DNA of 32,000 nucleotides from NCBI RefSeq assembly GCF_003428155.1, contig NZ_QLIR01000003.1, positions 30,001 through 62,000 on the forward strand, read 5' to 3'. This stretch comes from Fastidiosibacter lacustris. GTDB taxonomy: Bacteria > Pseudomonadota > Gammaproteobacteria > Francisellales > Francisellaceae. Within the stretch, counting starts at the first letter, position 1. Each line of letters opens with the position of its first letter. The position numbers and the translations under genes are program-made. Below the pieces are notes generated by a model. It saw only the letters and a program-made list of their open reading frames with translations, ran no database searches and was not told where the DNA came from. Of the stretch, positions 29,788-32,000 are shown in pieces.

Positions 29788-30383
29788 TTTAAATTTACCA
29801 TAATACTGTTATGGATTTTATCAATTTGAGGAAGAAGCAAGCTAATCTCATGATCGTTTTCGATGATAAAATCACTAAACTTACGCCGTTCATCATCGCT
29901 TATTTGACTATTAATCATTAAAATTGTATTTTTCTTTGTTTGCTTGTCTCTTGCCATTATCCTTTGAACCTTTATTTCAAAGGGAGCACAAACACAAATG
30001 ACCTTTTTAAGGTAAGAATAATTGCTTAAAGTCGATTGAGTTAATAAAGGGATGTCAACAATTGTATAAGCTGATTGACTTAGTTTAAGCGCATCTTCAA
30101 TTTGCTTTCGAATAATTGGGTGCATGAGGTTGTTTAGCCATAAACGATCTTTAGCATTAAGACTTATGATTTTTCTTAACGCTAAACGATTTACCTTCAT
30201 GTTATTTTGGACGACGTTTTTGCCAAAATGCTGATAAATTGCTTCGATAACATGAGGTAGTTCAATTGTTTTCTTGGCATATTGGTCAGCACAAATTACC
30301 TCAATATGGTAACGTTGAGCAAAAAGTGAAGCGACAGTAGTTTTTCCACTACCAATTCCACCGGTAAGTGCGACAGGATACAT
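29784..30383 (-). CDS. coaE: Dephospho-CoA kinase
   Basis: VALTGGIGSGKTTVASLFAQ P-loop, CADQYAK, HPIIRKQIE, DIPLLTQ. Start moved to ATG 30383 (MYPVALTGG); the track start 30437 is TTG. Confidence 0.93.
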   Translation of the reverse strand: MYPVALTGGIGSGKTTVASLFAQRYHIEVICADQYAKKTIELPHVIEAIYQHFGKNVVQNNMKVNRLALRKIISLNAKDRLWLNNLMHPIIRKQIEDALKLSQSAYTIVDIPLLTQSTLSNYSYLKKVICVCAPFEIKVQRIMARDKQTKKNTILMINSQISDDERRKFSDFIIENDHEISLLLPQIDKIHNSIMVNLN

Positions 30384-30469
30384 GTTTTTTTGGTGTACCT
30401 TGGGTTTGTTTCTTGATAGGATAACGACGTTTGCCAAATATTTGTAGCTAAACAGTTAATGGAGTTGCT

Positions 30470-31432
30470 ATGCAAAACATGTTACCTTGTTCTAATCTCG
30501 CTTCAGCTAAGCATTTAATCAGTATTAAAAATTTAGATCGACAGGCACTTGATCATTTAATGTGTTTAGCCAAAGAAGCCTATCATGGAAAGCTTCAAGG
30601 GAGTTTAAAGGATAAGATTATTGCCAGTTGTTTTTTTGAAGCCTCGACTCGCACGCGCTTATCATTTGAAGCAGCAATTCACCGTTTAGGCGCAAGTGTC
30701 ATAGGTTTTTCTGACGCGCAGAGCACATCATTTGCACAAAAAGGAGAGTCATTAACTGATACGATTCATATGTTAAATGGTTATGCTGATGCAATTATCA
30801 TGCGCCATTTTGAAGTAGGAAGTGCTGAACGTGCAGCAGCTGTTTCTGCCATTCCTATTGTTAATGCGGGAGATGGAGCAAATGAGCATCCTTCTCAAAC
30901 GTTACTCGATTTATTTACAATTGAACAGAAGTTCAACAAGATAGATGGTATTAAAATAGCAATGGTAGGGGATTTACGCTATGGTCGAACTGTACACTCA
31001 CTAAGTTATGCGTTAATGAATTACCTAGATGTTACAATTTACTACGTTGCGCCAAAGGCTTTACAGATTCCAGATGAAATTTTGATAAAACTTAAACAAA
31101 AGAATGTTACTGTTACTTGTATAGAGAAGTTGGAACAAGTATTGGGTTTGATAGATGTATTATATATGACTCGACTACAAAAAGAGCGTTTTACTGGAAA
31201 CGAACAGCATAAGCTGGAGTACGTGATAACAGCTCAAATGCTAAAAAAACAAGCACGCAATAAGATGATCGTCATGCACCCTTTACCACGCATTCACGAG
31301 GTTTGTACTTCTGTTGATGCAACCAAATATGCCTGGTATTTTCAGCAGGCCAAAAATGGTGTATATATGCGCCAAGCGATCTTATACAATTTGTTTTTTA
31401 ATTCATTTATTGCAAACCATAAAGCTTGTTAG
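30470..31432 (+). CDS. pyrB: Aspartate carbamoyltransferase catalytic subunit
   Basis: FFEASTRTRLSFEAAIHRLGASVIGF, HPSQTLLDLFTI, MVGDLRYGRTVHSL, MHPLPR. Confidence 0.95.
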   Translation: MQNMLPCSNLASAKHLISIKNLDRQALDHLMCLAKEAYHGKLQGSLKDKIIASCFFEASTRTRLSFEAAIHRLGASVIGFSDAQSTSFAQKGESLTDTIHMLNGYADAIIMRHFEVGSAERAAAVSAIPIVNAGDGANEHPSQTLLDLFTIEQKFNKIDGIKIAMVGDLRYGRTVHSLSYALMNYLDVTIYYVAPKALQIPDEILIKLKQKNVTVTCIEKLEQVLGLIDVLYMTRLQKERFTGNEQHKLEYVITAQMLKKQARNKMIVMHPLPRIHEVCTSVDATKYAWYFQQAKNGVYMRQAILYNLFFNSFIANHKAC

Positions 31433-31513
31433 TAATGAATACAAAACTTATTTTCCTTCGACCTCTGCAAGAGGTAGGATAAGGCGTAATCCAACCTAAT
31501 TTTGATATCGTTA

Positions 31514-31804
31514 CTAGCTATAGGATGCAAAACGACTCACCTGCCAGCTGCGCGATAAAAAATTATCTATTGTAAGGCTTTTCTTTAAAAAGCTTTTGCT
31601 TTGTGCAAGCATAGGTGTGGGGTCTGTATGGTAAAAGTTAAAGTTATATTTACGAGCAATACGTCTTAAATTACTAACGCTGCAATCTAATACTTTAGCA
31701 ATTTGATGAGGTTGCATCTTTTGCTCAATACAGCGTTGAAAAAATTCCAAAATTGAGCAATTGTAATGTAGTGCGATTTTTGTCTCAACCGTAATTTTTT
31801 TCAT
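31514..31804 (-). CDS. Small HTH-containing protein (putative DNA-binding)
   Basis: ATG 31804 with gggag upstream; HTH-like segment MQPHQIAKVLDCSVSNLRRIARKYNFNF. Confidence 0.5.
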   Translation of the reverse strand: MKKITVETKIALHYNCSILEFFQRCIEQKMQPHQIAKVLDCSVSNLRRIARKYNFNFYHTDPTPMLAQSKSFLKKSLTIDNFLSRSWQVSRFASYS

Positions 31805-32000
31805 TAATTTACTCCCTATTCTTAAATCCTTACTTTATATTTTTTTGGCTTGATTTGATTTAAAAGCCAGCTTGGCGAAATAGCTTTTCCTTATAACTCG
31901 TTATCATATAAGTCCGTATTCAGTAGACAGCTTATTTTTCCTTTGAACACATGGTTTAAGCGTTTGGTAGCCTTTTGCTTAAGTTAGTTTGCAAGCCAAT

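Overview
Low-GC gammaproteobacterial window (Francisella/Legionella-like in flavour; taxonomy is inference). From left to right it holds: (1) a 5'-truncated NHL-repeat lipoprotein gene interrupted by a 9-G homopolymer frameshift; (2) a large lipoprotein with an HELGHDYGLGH active site typical of M66 (StcE/TagA-like) zinc metallopeptidases; (3) a compact ten-gene type IVb (R64 thin pilus/TCP-like) pilus operon at ~6.08-17.5 kb, covering two PilL/TcpQ-like proteins, PilN secretin, PilO, PilP, PilQ ATPase, PilR, PilS major prepilin and two tandem PilV-like minor pilins with conserved N-termini and unrelated C-termini; (4) a PBP5/6-type D,D-carboxypeptidase; (5) a PAS/LuxR-like regulator divergent from clpB; (6) housekeeping and transport genes: deoD, an APC permease, trxB, mtnN, coaE, pyrB; (7) an ATP-grasp ligase overlapping a DMT/EamA-like exporter, preceded by an unannotated 32-codon small ORF with a Shine-Dalgarno-like AAGGAG and a perfect 14-copy hexanucleotide repeat. 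The most unusual elements are the M66 protease next to the type IVb pilus with its tandem PilV-like pair, the candidate small peptide/ATP-grasp/exporter cassette with its microsatellite leader, and the poly-G tract in the surface lipoprotein gene. No tRNA, rRNA, CRISPR array, transposase or integrase was recognised. All calls come from reading the sequence; no database search was run.
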